A stretch of DNA of 64,000 nt from a virus. Each line of letters starts with the position of its first letter. Within the stretch, counting starts at the first letter, position 1. The position numbers and the translations under genes were made by a program. Shown here in pieces: positions 20,016-30,016 of this stretch. The notes beneath the pieces were generated by a model, which saw only the letters and a list, made by a program, of their open reading frames with translations, was not told the DNA's origin and ran no database searches. Location of the stretch: IMG/VR virus record IMGVR_UViG_3300031957_002411, positions 71,791-135,790 of that record. One strand, given 5' to 3'.

Positions 20016-23000
20016 TTATACTACCATACCGTCCCGTGTTAGTGATCCATCAGGACCAACGCTGTATTCACCAATAGCGTCTGAAACGTATTGCATAATA
20101 TCGTTCTTAAGATTAGCAGTTAGATTATTTATAAATGAAGTGCCAGTTAGATTGACATTAATATTAGTTGTATCTAGTTTAATTTGGAATTGTGTATTTT
20201 GTAGGTTAGAAATATTATTAGCAAGTTGTGTGTTAAAATCTCTAAGTGAAGCGCTGAATGAATTTAGGACTTCTGGGCTTACGCCCATTCCACCACCTCC
20301 ACCAGCTACTGGATTTTTACTGCCCTCATGTAGATATTGAACTTGTCCTCCTCTAGACATACCCTTGGCTGTGCTTCCTCCGCTATTCATAGATTGTAAT
20401 ATTGAAAGGTTATTACCACGTTGCACAGCAGATCTACGAACAACAAACTCGCCCGGAGTCAACATGGCAGGAACAGTATCAGTACCCTTTGGTACAAACA
20501 TTCCTTTGCTAGCATAAACCATTCCACCTTTTGCAAAACCTGCTGCTGCTAATCTTTCTTTAACAGCTTCTAATTGTGTTTCAGCTGCTTGCATTTGAAG
20601 GTTGGCAGCATCAAGCATCCTTGCCGCAGAATCAGCTTCAAGTTGAGCTGTTTCTGGTAGAGTTTGAGCTAATGCAATAATTTCTTGATTTATTGCATTT
20701 TCTTCGTCTGTTGTTCCAGCTATGACTCCAGCTTGATCAGCCATTCCAAAGCGAGATAAAGCACCAGCAGCAGCATTTTCAAGCACTCCACCACTACCGC
20801 CGATCTGTTGACCAAATACAGTCTGTACTCCAGCATTCTGCATGTTTTGTAAGTTTTGCACAGCGCCACCCATGCCAGCCATTCCGAAAGATGACATCAA
20901 ATTTTGATCACCAAGGGCAGCTGCGGCAGTAGCTCCTTGAGTTGCACGACTCTTAAAGAATTCTTCAAAATCACCAGATATTAAAGATTCTAGACCTTTC
21001 TTTTCTTCAGCATTTCTAGCTTTAATTAATTCAAGTTCTCTCTGTTTTTCACTAATAAGTGCGCGGGTAAGATCAGCCTGTTCTTTTATAGCTGCGTTGA
21101 GACGATCTTGTTCGCCTTGCATCGCAGTGCCTTCCATTCTACCAATATCACCACCGCCAGCAACATTAAGTCTTGTTCCTTGTATTCTATTTGCTCTTGC
21201 TGTAATTTCATTATTTCTTTGACGTATTTCACCGGCACTACCAGTTCTCAACTGAGTTAAACCAAGGTTGGAAGTACGGGCATTAGATTGTGCTATCAAA
21301 CTTTGTTGACGCTGTTGTGAGGTTACAGCTGGCCCACCAGCTTTAGCAATAATTTCAGCAGCTTCCAATTGTACCGCAATAACCTTAGCATTAGCATCAG
21401 CTAACTGATTCTCCAAAGCAATTCTCTTCTTGAGAATGCTAGCCATCTTTTGTTCAATTTCAGCAGATTTTTTTATAGCCTCTTGAAATTCTTTTAAAGA
21501 CTCTTCTCCAAATTGATCAACAAGTTTCTGTAAAACACTGAAATCACCCCTATTCAATGCGTCTATATCACCTTGCTCTAGGTCAGCAGTAGATATCAAG
21601 GATTTTAGATTGTCAATCTGTGTATCAGACATTATACCTTGCATCTGCTGTCCTATTTGATCAGCAAAGGCTTGTTTTAATTCTTGTGGATTCAGAGGGC
21701 CGTCTTTTGCAGGATCAAAACTTTTCTTTAAGTTTTCAATCACACTCGGAACTGCTGCTTGTGCTGCGTTAATTCCTGTAGTAGATTCTTTAAACTTATC
21801 AATTTGATCAGCACTAGCTCCAAGATTTTCTAAGGCTCTAGCACCTGTCTGGACAGCGCCAGCAAAAACGGCAGGGTCTAAGGCTGCACCCGCAGCAGTT
21901 AGACCAGCTTGTAAAGTACCCAAAGCATTCTCAATACTACTATTATCACCTAAATCTTCAAAATTACCTAAATTGTTTAGTGCGACGATAGAAGCGTCAG
22001 CAGCGGCATTTACATTTGTAAGTCCAAGATTTAATAATTCAAATTGTTTTCTAGCTCTTTCTACATCTTTTTGTATACTATCAAAAATATCTTCTAAACT
22101 AACGCCAGCTCTATCAAACGCTGCACGTAATGCTGGATCTAAACTAGCAAAAAATCCTTGAAAGTCACCACCAGAAGCTGCCATAGCTCTTGCTTGAGCT
22201 TGAACAGCAGGCATTGCTATCTTAGTTACATCTTGATCTCTAGCTTCTTGAGCTTTTCTCTCTTCTCTTCTGACTGTGGCGGTGGTTTTTTCCATTCCAA
22301 GCATCTGTCTTATTTGACCCGGAACACCACCAAGAAAACCAAACATAGAGTCACCACCACTTGAACTTCTCTCTGATGCCGTTACTGCCTCTTTTCCTCT
22401 TCTATTAGCTTCACTAGCAGATTCAGCAGCTGCGATGGCTGGTTCCAAAAATTCTGCTATAGAAATATTACCTTTGGTATATTCTTGGGCTGCTTTAGCT
22501 GCGTCTTCATGAGCCTGAGCTAGTGCTTTTGCAGTAGCAGCTGCCTGTGCCTGAGCAGCAGCTTGAGTTTTAGCAACTTCAATACTAGGCTTTAAGACTT
22601 GAGCTATCAATAATCCAAAAGCAGCGCCTATAGCAGCGCCAATTGGACCACCAAGTAAAAAGCCAAGAACAGCGCCGCCGCCTGCACCAGCTGCCTGAAT
22701 ACCCACTGAATCAAATCCAGCACCCTCCACAGCGGCTCGCTCTGCCGCTGCAACATTACCGTCTTCTATGGCATATGTTAGCCTTTCAGTGACTCCATTT
22801 AATTTTTTCAATAATCCAACAAAAAGATACATACCAGCGGCAGCAATCGCTGCTGCGCCAAATGCTTGTGTAACACTGCCAACAGCTGCACCAAGCTTTC
22901 CAAACTTGTCGCCTAATACGGTAAAACCTTGTCCCTGCTTCAATGGACCCATTCTTTCCTGAATGCCAGCCATTTTTCCGAATTTAGATGTGCCTAATCT

Positions 23001-25391
23001 ATCACCAAAATTTATACCCATTTGTTGACCGATATTAGTAAATGCCGATTTGCCTTCTCCCCCAAACAAGGCAAACATGCTGGAAACATTTGCTGCCTTA
23101 GCAAGTTCAGTAAGTCCTGTAGCAGCTGCTGTAATTGTAGTTCCAAATTCTAGAATCGAACTAGTATTTCTCATGAAAGCGCTGGTATTCTCATCAATAA
23201 CTGGCATCAAAGCTTGTATAGAACCCAAAGCTAGAGTAAGACCTAAAGCACCGCTGATTCCTCCTTCTGCTTCACCACCATTCTTAAATCTTTGTACCTT
23301 ACCGCCTGTAGCATATCTATTGATTTTTTTAAGATTACCATAACCAAAAGCTTCAGCAGATTTTCTATTTACAACAAATTCACCGGGAGTAAGAAGTGCT
23401 GGAACTGTGTCCGTACCAGCGCCACTAATGCCTCCACCTTTATTTCTTCTTGCGTATCTACCAGTAACGTTTGAGGGGCTAAGAGGAGATTTACCATGAT
23501 CAATTAGATATCTACCAAAACCCCCAGATGTACCAGTAATTTGATCTAACAACATCTCTTCTGTTGTTTTGTTAGATGTAAGATATTGCTTATACTGATA
23601 CGTACCCCTATTAGCAGCGTTACGAGCTGTTTTAGACGATGTTACTAGCGTGCTAGAAGGAATCTTAACTCCTCTACCAGCACCAGAACCTTTAGCCTTG
23701 GGAAATTCTTGTTCAGGGTTCAATGACTGTAATGCTGATAGTCTGGACTCAGCTACCCGACTAGGCTTTCCTTTGGTTTCATAAGCGTCATAACCTGCGG
23801 GTCTAAATGTTGCTCTGAATTTTTTCCCAGTAGGCGCGACCATTGCGCTAAACGTATCTCCATCATCCATTTTTATGCTTCGTTTATCTAGGCTAGCTAA
23901 TTCTGCCATGCCGCCTGCTTTATATTTATTAATACTAGATAAATTTTTAGCACCAAAAGCTTGTACAGCGCTTTTACGAATTACAAACTCTCCCGGCGTA
24001 AGCATAGCTGGCACAGTATCAGAGTTTCCAGTACCGGGAACTGTACCTCCTCTATTCATACCTAAAGCTCCCTTAATACCACCAAATGCGCCTCCAAGAC
24101 CCTTAGCGATCTTAATAGTAGCGAAAGCTGCGATAAGTGGAATTAATGGCTTGATAGCATCAGCGACTTTCAAAAATGCACTAGCAATGTTTAAAGCAGA
24201 ATTAGCTATAAATTGAAAGCTTTTAGTTCCAGTTATTTCTCTTATTAGAGCAACAAATTCTTCTTTAGTTCTAGAAATTCTTACAGCTAAAGATAGTTGC
24301 GCAGTGGCAGCATCGTTAGCCAATGAATCAGATCCAGCAATAGCAACATTCAAAGCGTCTTGCGCTGTAGAAAACTGTTGAATTAATGGAATGACTTTAC
24401 CAATTTGTCTAAACCCACCAAGTTCTTCAGCAATTTTTATAAAACTTAAATCACCAGCCTCAAGCCCAGAAAGAGCTTGACTTAATCTTTTAATAGCTTC
24501 AAAAGGTCCAACAAATTTACCATCTAAATCAGTAAGTTCAACACCAAATTGTTTTAAAAATTCTATAGTTTTTGGTCTTTGTATTCTCGTAAAGATAGTA
24601 CGTAAACCAGTAGCAATACTTTCTGCTGACTCTCGGGTTGTAGCCCTAACACTAGTGAACAGCGCTATAAGTTCATTTAAATCACCACCAGCAGCTTTAA
24701 ACACACCTCCAGTACGACGAATAACAGCAATCAAGTCACCTGCTTCAACAGCGAACTGACCAGCAACAGCATTTATAGCACCAAGCTGCGCTTCTAACGC
24801 TGCTGCTCCTTGCTTAAACTGATTGAAGATAGCAATAGCACCTTCAGCAGTTTGAGCAATATCGTCAAACGTAGGAGCTAAAGTGGTACGAGCTAAAGAA
24901 TCTAAAGCAACTTTTGTTTCTCTTGCGTCAAGACCTGCCTGAGAAAGAATTCTAGATACATTAATTAAAGAAGTCGAAGATGCACCAAAAGCAGTGGAAA
25001 GACGAGTGATCTCACTTGTCAGACCCCTTAGCTCAGTAACAGTCTTTCCAGTAACCTGTACAACTTTAATTAATTCTCTTTCAAAATCAATTGCTTCTTT
25101 TATAGCGTTACTAAGAGTACTAGTAAATAACGTGACAGCGCGAGTGGCAATAGCTAATCCAGCATACCTTCTTATGGAGGTCTGCAATGTTTTGCCAAGA
25201 CCACTAGCAGCTTGAGATGCTTGATTAGTGGCCTTAGTTATATTTTGGATTTGTTTCTGTGTTTGACTGCCACCCTGAACGTTTACATTAACATTCACAC
25301 CTTTAAGTTGTTGTTGTATTTGATTAACAACTTGTCTGGCGTTTTTTGGCGCTTGTAGTTGTACTTGTGCAGTTAATACAAATTTAGACAT
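20016..25391 (-). CDS. Tail tape measure protein (1791 aa)
   Basis: N-terminal TP901-type TMP core ('AIDFERELIKVVQVTG...ITRLSTAFG...LSQAGL'); Ala/Gln/Gly-rich helical body; hydrophobic GAAIG segment; three DTVPA(M/L)LTPGEF motifs; downstream of tail tube. Confidence 0.9.
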   Translation of the reverse strand: MSKFVLTAQVQLQAPKNARQVVNQIQQQLKGVNVNVNVQGGSQTQKQIQNITKATNQASQAASGLGKTLQTSIRRYAGLAIATRAVTLFTSTLSNAIKEAIDFERELIKVVQVTGKTVTELRGLTSEITRLSTAFGASSTSLINVSRILSQAGLDARETKVALDSLARTTLAPTFDDIAQTAEGAIAIFNQFKQGAAALEAQLGAINAVAGQFAVEAGDLIAVIRRTGGVFKAAGGDLNELIALFTSVRATTRESAESIATGLRTIFTRIQRPKTIEFLKQFGVELTDLDGKFVGPFEAIKRLSQALSGLEAGDLSFIKIAEELGGFRQIGKVIPLIQQFSTAQDALNVAIAGSDSLANDAATAQLSLAVRISRTKEEFVALIREITGTKSFQFIANSALNIASAFLKVADAIKPLIPLIAAFATIKIAKGLGGAFGGIKGALGMNRGGTVPGTGNSDTVPAMLTPGEFVIRKSAVQAFGAKNLSSINKYKAGGMAELASLDKRSIKMDDGDTFSAMVAPTGKKFRATFRPAGYDAYETKGKPSRVAESRLSALQSLNPEQEFPKAKGSGAGRGVKIPSSTLVTSSKTARNAANRGTYQYKQYLTSNKTTEEMLLDQITGTSGGFGRYLIDHGKSPLSPSNVTGRYARRNKGGGISGAGTDTVPALLTPGEFVVNRKSAEAFGYGNLKKINRYATGGKVQRFKNGGEAEGGISGALGLTLALGSIQALMPVIDENTSAFMRNTSSILEFGTTITAAATGLTELAKAANVSSMFALFGGEGKSAFTNIGQQMGINFGDRLGTSKFGKMAGIQERMGPLKQGQGFTVLGDKFGKLGAAVGSVTQAFGAAAIAAAGMYLFVGLLKKLNGVTERLTYAIEDGNVAAAERAAVEGAGFDSVGIQAAGAGGGAVLGFLLGGPIGAAIGAAFGLLIAQVLKPSIEVAKTQAAAQAQAAATAKALAQAHEDAAKAAQEYTKGNISIAEFLEPAIAAAESASEANRRGKEAVTASERSSSGGDSMFGFLGGVPGQIRQMLGMEKTTATVRREERKAQEARDQDVTKIAMPAVQAQARAMAASGGDFQGFFASLDPALRAAFDRAGVSLEDIFDSIQKDVERARKQFELLNLGLTNVNAAADASIVALNNLGNFEDLGDNSSIENALGTLQAGLTAAGAALDPAVFAGAVQTGARALENLGASADQIDKFKESTTGINAAQAAVPSVIENLKKSFDPAKDGPLNPQELKQAFADQIGQQMQGIMSDTQIDNLKSLISTADLEQGDIDALNRGDFSVLQKLVDQFGEESLKEFQEAIKKSAEIEQKMASILKKRIALENQLADANAKVIAVQLEAAEIIAKAGGPAVTSQQRQQSLIAQSNARTSNLGLTQLRTGSAGEIRQRNNEITARANRIQGTRLNVAGGGDIGRMEGTAMQGEQDRLNAAIKEQADLTRALISEKQRELELIKARNAEEKKGLESLISGDFEEFFKSRATQGATAAAALGDQNLMSSFGMAGMGGAVQNLQNMQNAGVQTVFGQQIGGSGGVLENAAAGALSRFGMADQAGVIAGTTDEENAINQEIIALAQTLPETAQLEADSAARMLDAANLQMQAAETQLEAVKERLAAAGFAKGGMVYASKGMFVPKGTDTVPAMLTPGEFVVRRSAVQRGNNLSILQSMNSGGSTAKGMSRGGQVQYLHEGSKNPVAGGGGGMGVSPEVLNSFSASLRDFNTQLANNISNLQNTQFQIKLDTTNINVNLTGTSFINNLTANLKNDIMQYVSDAIGEYSVGPDGSLTRDGMVV

Positions 25392-25424
25392 ATTATCTCT
25401 CTATTTCTGCACACTGTCCAAATA

Positions 25425-26267
25425 CTATCCGTCCGTTTTAGTCTTAGTTTTGGTTTTAGTAGAAGTTGTTTTAGGTTCTTCGTCTATATATTTTGCAACG
25501 GTAATATACCTACCATTTTCATCTAGTAAATTACCGTCAATATCAATCCTATCTCCATCTTCATTTATATAATAGCCATCAGAATTGATAAGCCTTCCTT
25601 GTAAATCTACAGTCTGGCCTTTATCATTAATTAAAGCTCCATCTTCATTTGTAAAATGATGCTTATTTAAGAACTTGTTTTCTGGCAGCGCTTTCTCGAA
25701 ATCATTGTCCAAAGAATACATCATTTCAGCCATTGCAGAAGCAGCAGCAAATGCAATCTCATCATCAGCTCTTTCCTCGTATTCTTCTAGTGTTTTATAC
25801 ACTTTTTCTCCATTTTCATAGTAAGTGCAACAAGCTACAAGATAGTCAAATCTAGCATTATCAGATAAAGCTTCAGCAGTATTTCCCTCTAGTCCTAACC
25901 TTTCAGAGATCAAATCTCTAAGATCTATTCTTTTTTGTCTTATTTTTATGGCGAGATCTTTACCTTGACTAGCCCTGATTTTAGCTGTTTTACCATTTCC
26001 AAGGGCTAATTCTTTTTCTAAATCTGCGATCTCTTGCTGAAGATCTGATTCTGTTTTATCTTTTTTGCTAGTCCAAATTCCACGTTTTTCCATGAAAGCT
26101 TTTAACTCTTTTTTGGTCATGATGCCATCTTCTATGCATTCTGTCCAAACTTTAGCAGCAACCCTTCCAGCCTTAGTGCTAACTGCTCCGCTGGGTCTTT
26201 TAACTAGAACTTTGACTTTTTTACCGTCTACTTCTATCTCAACACTCTTTTCTTTAATTTGTCCCAT
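25425..26267 (-). CDS. Putative tail assembly chaperone-like protein (280 aa)
   Basis: Charged helical protein immediately upstream of tape measure; C-terminal ~7-aa (I/V)(N/D)xxG repeats; GGAGG RBS. Confidence 0.5.
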   Translation of the reverse strand: MGQIKEKSVEIEVDGKKVKVLVKRPSGAVSTKAGRVAAKVWTECIEDGIMTKKELKAFMEKRGIWTSKKDKTESDLQQEIADLEKELALGNGKTAKIRASQGKDLAIKIRQKRIDLRDLISERLGLEGNTAEALSDNARFDYLVACCTYYENGEKVYKTLEEYEERADDEIAFAAASAMAEMMYSLDNDFEKALPENKFLNKHHFTNEDGALINDKGQTVDLQGRLINSDGYYINEDGDRIDIDGNLLDENGRYITVAKYIDEEPKTTSTKTKTKTKTDG

Positions 26268-26268
26268 T

Positions 26269-26628
26269 TTAATCCTCCTTTTTAGATTTTACCATTGGAA
26301 TTTTAACAGAATATCTAAGCCATTGAATGTCATACTGAGATAGTTCAGCATCAATGTTCCTAGCTTGATTATTACCCTTATCTAGTATTTCAGATCTAAC
26401 TTTTTGATATAGATTTTGCATAATCGCTTTATCGTTTTCTGAGACATCATCATTGTCCCACAAAAAACTAAAATTTTCCTCTATGCTGCTCAAAGCGCCA
26501 ATCATAGTAGTTTGAATTTTTTTCTTTAATATTTTAGATAATCTATCTCTAGAATCTTCTTTGAACTTTTGTTCTCTAGCTGTTTTGTAGTTTATATTAC
26601 CCTGTTGTATTTTTTTAAAATCATCCAT
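26269..26628 (-). CDS. Hypothetical protein (119 aa)
   Basis: Tightly packed ORF overlapping the upstream gene. Confidence 0.75.
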   Translation of the reverse strand: MDDFKKIQQGNINYKTAREQKFKEDSRDRLSKILKKKIQTTMIGALSSIEENFSFLWDNDDVSENDKAIMQNLYQKVRSEILDKGNNQARNIDAELSQYDIQWLRYSVKIPMVKSKKED

Positions 26629-27670
26629 TTTTATTTTTTATCCTTTCCATTGCTTTCTTAGTAGCTTCTAGTTTTAAATCCTTTTGTACGTCAGGCAGGT
26701 TAATATGTTCTATCGGAGTACCTTTATCAACTTGAGATAGAGCATTAGATCTAGCCTTTCTTTTTATTACAGCTTCAGTATCATTATATTTTTCTATACT
26801 TTCTATTTGTTGTTTATCATTCTTGCCCATCAAAAATACTTCCTGCTTATTAGCATTATTTCCTAGCTTTTTATCAATATCTTCTTTTTCTTTATCGGCT
26901 TTAGCCTTTCTGTGTTGAACTATAAACCATCCATCCAATAGATCTTCATCTTCTATAACAAAACTAGGTGGACAATCTGGAGATTCATAAACACTATCAT
27001 ATGTTTGAGACCACATGAGTAATGTTTTTTGGCATATGTTTAATTCATCATTGTAAAACAATTTAACATCACACTTCTTTGAAGAATTCCAAAGAGAAGA
27101 CCAAGGCTCATTCGTAGCCAGATCTCTAAGTTCTCTTGATGGAGTAGAAGCAGCTTGCCATAAAACCATAGCTCTGTCCAAAGACAAACCATTATCGTTG
27201 TCATACTTATAAAGTTTATCATCTTTGTAAGAACAGTTTCTAATCATCCAAGAAACTTTCTCAGTTTGAGCTAAACCTTCACAGCTATTTTCGTAGTAAG
27301 AAGTTTTTTTTAGTATCAATTTTTGTGATTCCGATTCTGCTTTCCTTAAATATAATCTAATTTTATTATATTTCTTTTTTTCGTGACGATTCTCATACAT
27401 CGCTACTTTAAACTTTTCTATTTCCTCAGTAAATAATTTTATTCTTCCCTCTTCCGTTCCAGACCATATATTTTTTTCTATCAACCATTCCATGATTTGA
27501 TCGTGTGTTTTAAAACCATCTGTAACAGCTTCTTCGTAAGCTTTATTGTACACATAGCATGACTCAACGCATTGATCAATAGTAAGTGGATTAACAATTA
27601 TGTTTTCTGGTAGAAATACTTTGCCAGTTCTAAGTTTATAAATTAAAAACTCCCGCTCATGGTGCTTCAT
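26621..27670 (-). CDS. Putative tail assembly chaperone-like protein (349 aa), paralog of 25425-26267
   Basis: Lies between tail tube and TMP; shares 'DG..T.......K..IW' and 'N(S/T)xE(G/A)L...C(S/T)Y' blocks with the 280-aa protein. Confidence 0.45.
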   Translation of the reverse strand: MKHHEREFLIYKLRTGKVFLPENIIVNPLTIDQCVESCYVYNKAYEEAVTDGFKTHDQIMEWLIEKNIWSGTEEGRIKLFTEEIEKFKVAMYENRHEKKKYNKIRLYLRKAESESQKLILKKTSYYENSCEGLAQTEKVSWMIRNCSYKDDKLYKYDNDNGLSLDRAMVLWQAASTPSRELRDLATNEPWSSLWNSSKKCDVKLFYNDELNICQKTLLMWSQTYDSVYESPDCPPSFVIEDEDLLDGWFIVQHRKAKADKEKEDIDKKLGNNANKQEVFLMGKNDKQQIESIEKYNDTEAVIKRKARSNALSQVDKGTPIEHINLPDVQKDLKLEATKKAMERIKNKNG

Positions 27671-27718
27671 TACAAAACCTCACTTACGGGAGTTCATAGA
27701 GTTGTTTCCTTTATAATC

Positions 27719-27740
27719 CTGAATTAAACTGTTAATTCAG
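27719..27740. other. Perfect 9-bp hairpin right after the 107-aa gene
   Basis: CTGAATTAA-ACTG-TTAATTCAG; no U tract, so a processing or stability element is more likely than a classic terminator. Confidence 0.5.
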
Positions 27741-28064
27741 TTATTCATTCTCAACGTCAAGGAGTCCGAGGTTGAGATTGAGGTCAAACGTAAATGTATA
27801 CGTTCTGACCAATGTGCTACCACTTAGAGACTGAGTTTTAGCAGTTCTAACTTGAGTAGCATCACCACTATTAACCACTTGGTGAAAATGTTCACAAAGG
27901 TTGAACATTACTTCTGAACCGTCTGCTCCACTAATGTCACCACTAGCCATGTTTCCACCGAAAGCAGCTCCACCAGCTACTAGGACATGAGCCAATTGGT
28001 GTCCAGAAGCAGCTGACTGAAACAAACCACTAGGGGCTGTAAAAAGATCTATTTTTCTACCCAT
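27741..28064 (-). CDS. Small virion protein (107 aa)
   Basis: AGGAG RBS; follows tail tube; six Ser-Gly dipeptides. Confidence 0.7.
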   Translation of the reverse strand: MGRKIDLFTAPSGLFQSAASGHQLAHVLVAGGAAFGGNMASGDISGADGSEVMFNLCEHFHQVVNSGDATQVRTAKTQSLSGSTLVRTYTFTFDLNLNLGLLDVENE

Positions 28065-28093
28065 TGTAAAAATCTCCTATGTTTATATAAGTG

Positions 28094-28996
28094 TTATGTA
28101 GAGGATGCTGTGAAACTATTATAAGCAACCACATTGTAAGTAACAGTGGCATTGCCTCCACCGGCATCGCCCCCACCAAATTGGATTCCAGTAACTCTTG
28201 CGTCTGGTATGCTATAGCTATGCGTTAGCAGTCCACCAGCGTTTGCGCTAACAGAATAAGTCGCTCCTGAAGTTACATCTGTTGCCGTTCCATCATTAAA
28301 GATAAGGCTATCAGTTACTGTAGCGTCAGTAGCATTATAAACAAACTCAGCGGTTGACTCAACTGGGAAGCTTGCTGCTCTATAATAAGGTGTCTTTTGA
28401 CCAAGCTGGAGCAAATCTTCTCTACCAAAGTCAATTGAGAATGTACAGCTTTGGAAATGATTTCCAGCGGGAGCCGCGCTTACGGTAACGTCTTTTCTTT
28501 GAACTACTGGTCCATCTGTATCAACAGTCATAGCGTGAGTAACTGGAGTACTCCAATCCTTTGCGTTACCAACTAGAGTAATCGACTCTGTACTTGGTCC
28601 CTCAAGATTGAAATTTACACTGTAATTACTCAAATACAGGCCGGTGCATTTTACAGAAGCTGTAGCGGAACCAGCTACGCCAATGCTACCACCAGCAGCT
28701 GGCTGGAATGCGTCATCATATACGCTGATTTCTGCTGTTTTTCTGGCAGCAGCGATTGTAGCCAAAGAAGAGCCAAACATAGAATACATGTTTCCTGTAT
28801 TACCATCTAGCACTCTTTCGATTGAAATTTCTACATCTGGAATTCCTTCGAGATTTTCGTAGATCTCGATCTGTCCTAGCTGGAATACCTGATCAAAAGC
28901 AAAATTGGTGTTTAGTCCAACTGACTGTACGCCCGTCAGGACGTTACCACCTAAGCTTACAGATTGACAGGCATAGAATATTCTATTACTAGCCAT
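28094..28996 (-). CDS. Major tail tube protein (300 aa)
   Basis: 'GVQSVGLNTNFAFDQVFQLGQIEIYENLEGIPDVEISIERVLDG' with a second related half ('FGREDLLQLGQ'); AGGAG RBS; own upstream GTGTATA motif; synteny between terminator protein and TMP. Confidence 0.7.
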   Translation of the reverse strand: MASNRIFYACQSVSLGGNVLTGVQSVGLNTNFAFDQVFQLGQIEIYENLEGIPDVEISIERVLDGNTGNMYSMFGSSLATIAAARKTAEISVYDDAFQPAAGGSIGVAGSATASVKCTGLYLSNYSVNFNLEGPSTESITLVGNAKDWSTPVTHAMTVDTDGPVVQRKDVTVSAAPAGNHFQSCTFSIDFGREDLLQLGQKTPYYRAASFPVESTAEFVYNATDATVTDSLIFNDGTATDVTSGATYSVSANAGGLLTHSYSIPDARVTGIQFGGGDAGGGNATVTYNVVAYNSFTASST

Positions 28997-29039
28997 GTTC
29001 GTTTACTCCTATCATGATATAAAGGAAACTCTAACTACA

Positions 29040-29046
29040 TATACAC
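29040..29046 (-). promoter_or_regulatory. Putative late promoter motif GTGTATA (tail tube)
   Basis: Intergenic TTTTTGTGTATATG, 44 nt upstream of the ATG; one of six exact intergenic copies. Confidence 0.65.
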
Positions 29047-29053
29047 AAAAACG

Positions 29054-30016
29054 CTAGATATTCGTATTTATAGTCTCTAGCGTAGATCTTACAATTCCAG
29101 CATAAAACCTAGAATTTATCAATTCCATGCCCTGAACCACAGAATTTGTAAACATGGCATCTTTACCTGAATTATAATCATTAACTATGTCTGGATATCT
29201 TAAAGCTCCAGAAACTGGAACGCCCTTATAATCTAGGGGAAAAGCGCCACTTGAAGCTAAAGTATCATTATCAAATAATGCAAAAACCTTGTCATTTTGG
29301 AATGACACGATATCCACTAATTTGTTTCTAGTCATCTCATCTTCTGCTATACAGTGAAATAGCACATCTGTTCTAACGTACTGACCTCCACCAAGCTGAT
29401 ATCCTCGAAAAGTCCTGCGTGGAACAACTTCTATTGCTATAGCTGGAAGTTGGACTTTGAGTTCAGCAGGCAACGTAAAATCGCTATTACTAGAGCTATT
29501 TACATCTAACGACCTATATTGTATTTCTCTGAGCCAAGGTAAGGAATTAGCATATATAACATTAATATATTTATAACTATGTTCAACTTGTACATTGCTC
29601 GTCGTAGGTATAGCGGAATCAAAAACTACTCTGCCATTGAAATAATCTATATAATGAGCGTAAGTACCTTCTCCGCTTGTGGGGTGAAAGGTGTCATCTA
29701 CATATACTCCAGATATTCCGGGGTGAGCATGATCTGTTCCTACAATTGGGGCTGTCATGCCAGAAGGAGCAATTCCACTCTGCCAAACCCAGTTTTTTCT
29801 AAATCCTTCCCAAGCCCTACCAGATGCAAAACTTTGACTTTTTGAAAGAGTAAGTTTGCTGTAATCTGTGCCAGCGTTTGAAGTTTCACCCTTGGTTGTA
29901 TTAAAATAATTACCTTTTTCTAACAAGCCCCAATCAAAGAACTCAATTAGATTATCTTGTAATTCATTATTTAGTGTAGTTTCAAATACTGTGCTGAAAC
30001 CTTTTAAATAGCTCAC
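29054..30016 (-). CDS. Putative tail terminator/completion protein (320 aa)
   Basis: 'QLPAIAIEVVPRRTFRGYQLGGG...DVLFHCIAED...RNKLVDI' is typical of terminator-fold proteins; immediately upstream of tube gene. Confidence 0.55.
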   Translation of the reverse strand: MSYLKGFSTVFETTLNNELQDNLIEFFDWGLLEKGNYFNTTKGETSNAGTDYSKLTLSKSQSFASGRAWEGFRKNWVWQSGIAPSGMTAPIVGTDHAHPGISGVYVDDTFHPTSGEGTYAHYIDYFNGRVVFDSAIPTTSNVQVEHSYKYINVIYANSLPWLREIQYRSLDVNSSSNSDFTLPAELKVQLPAIAIEVVPRRTFRGYQLGGGQYVRTDVLFHCIAEDEMTRNKLVDIVSFQNDKVFALFDNDTLASSGAFPLDYKGVPVSGALRYPDIVNDYNSGKDAMFTNSVVQGMELINSRFYAGIVRSTLETINTNI

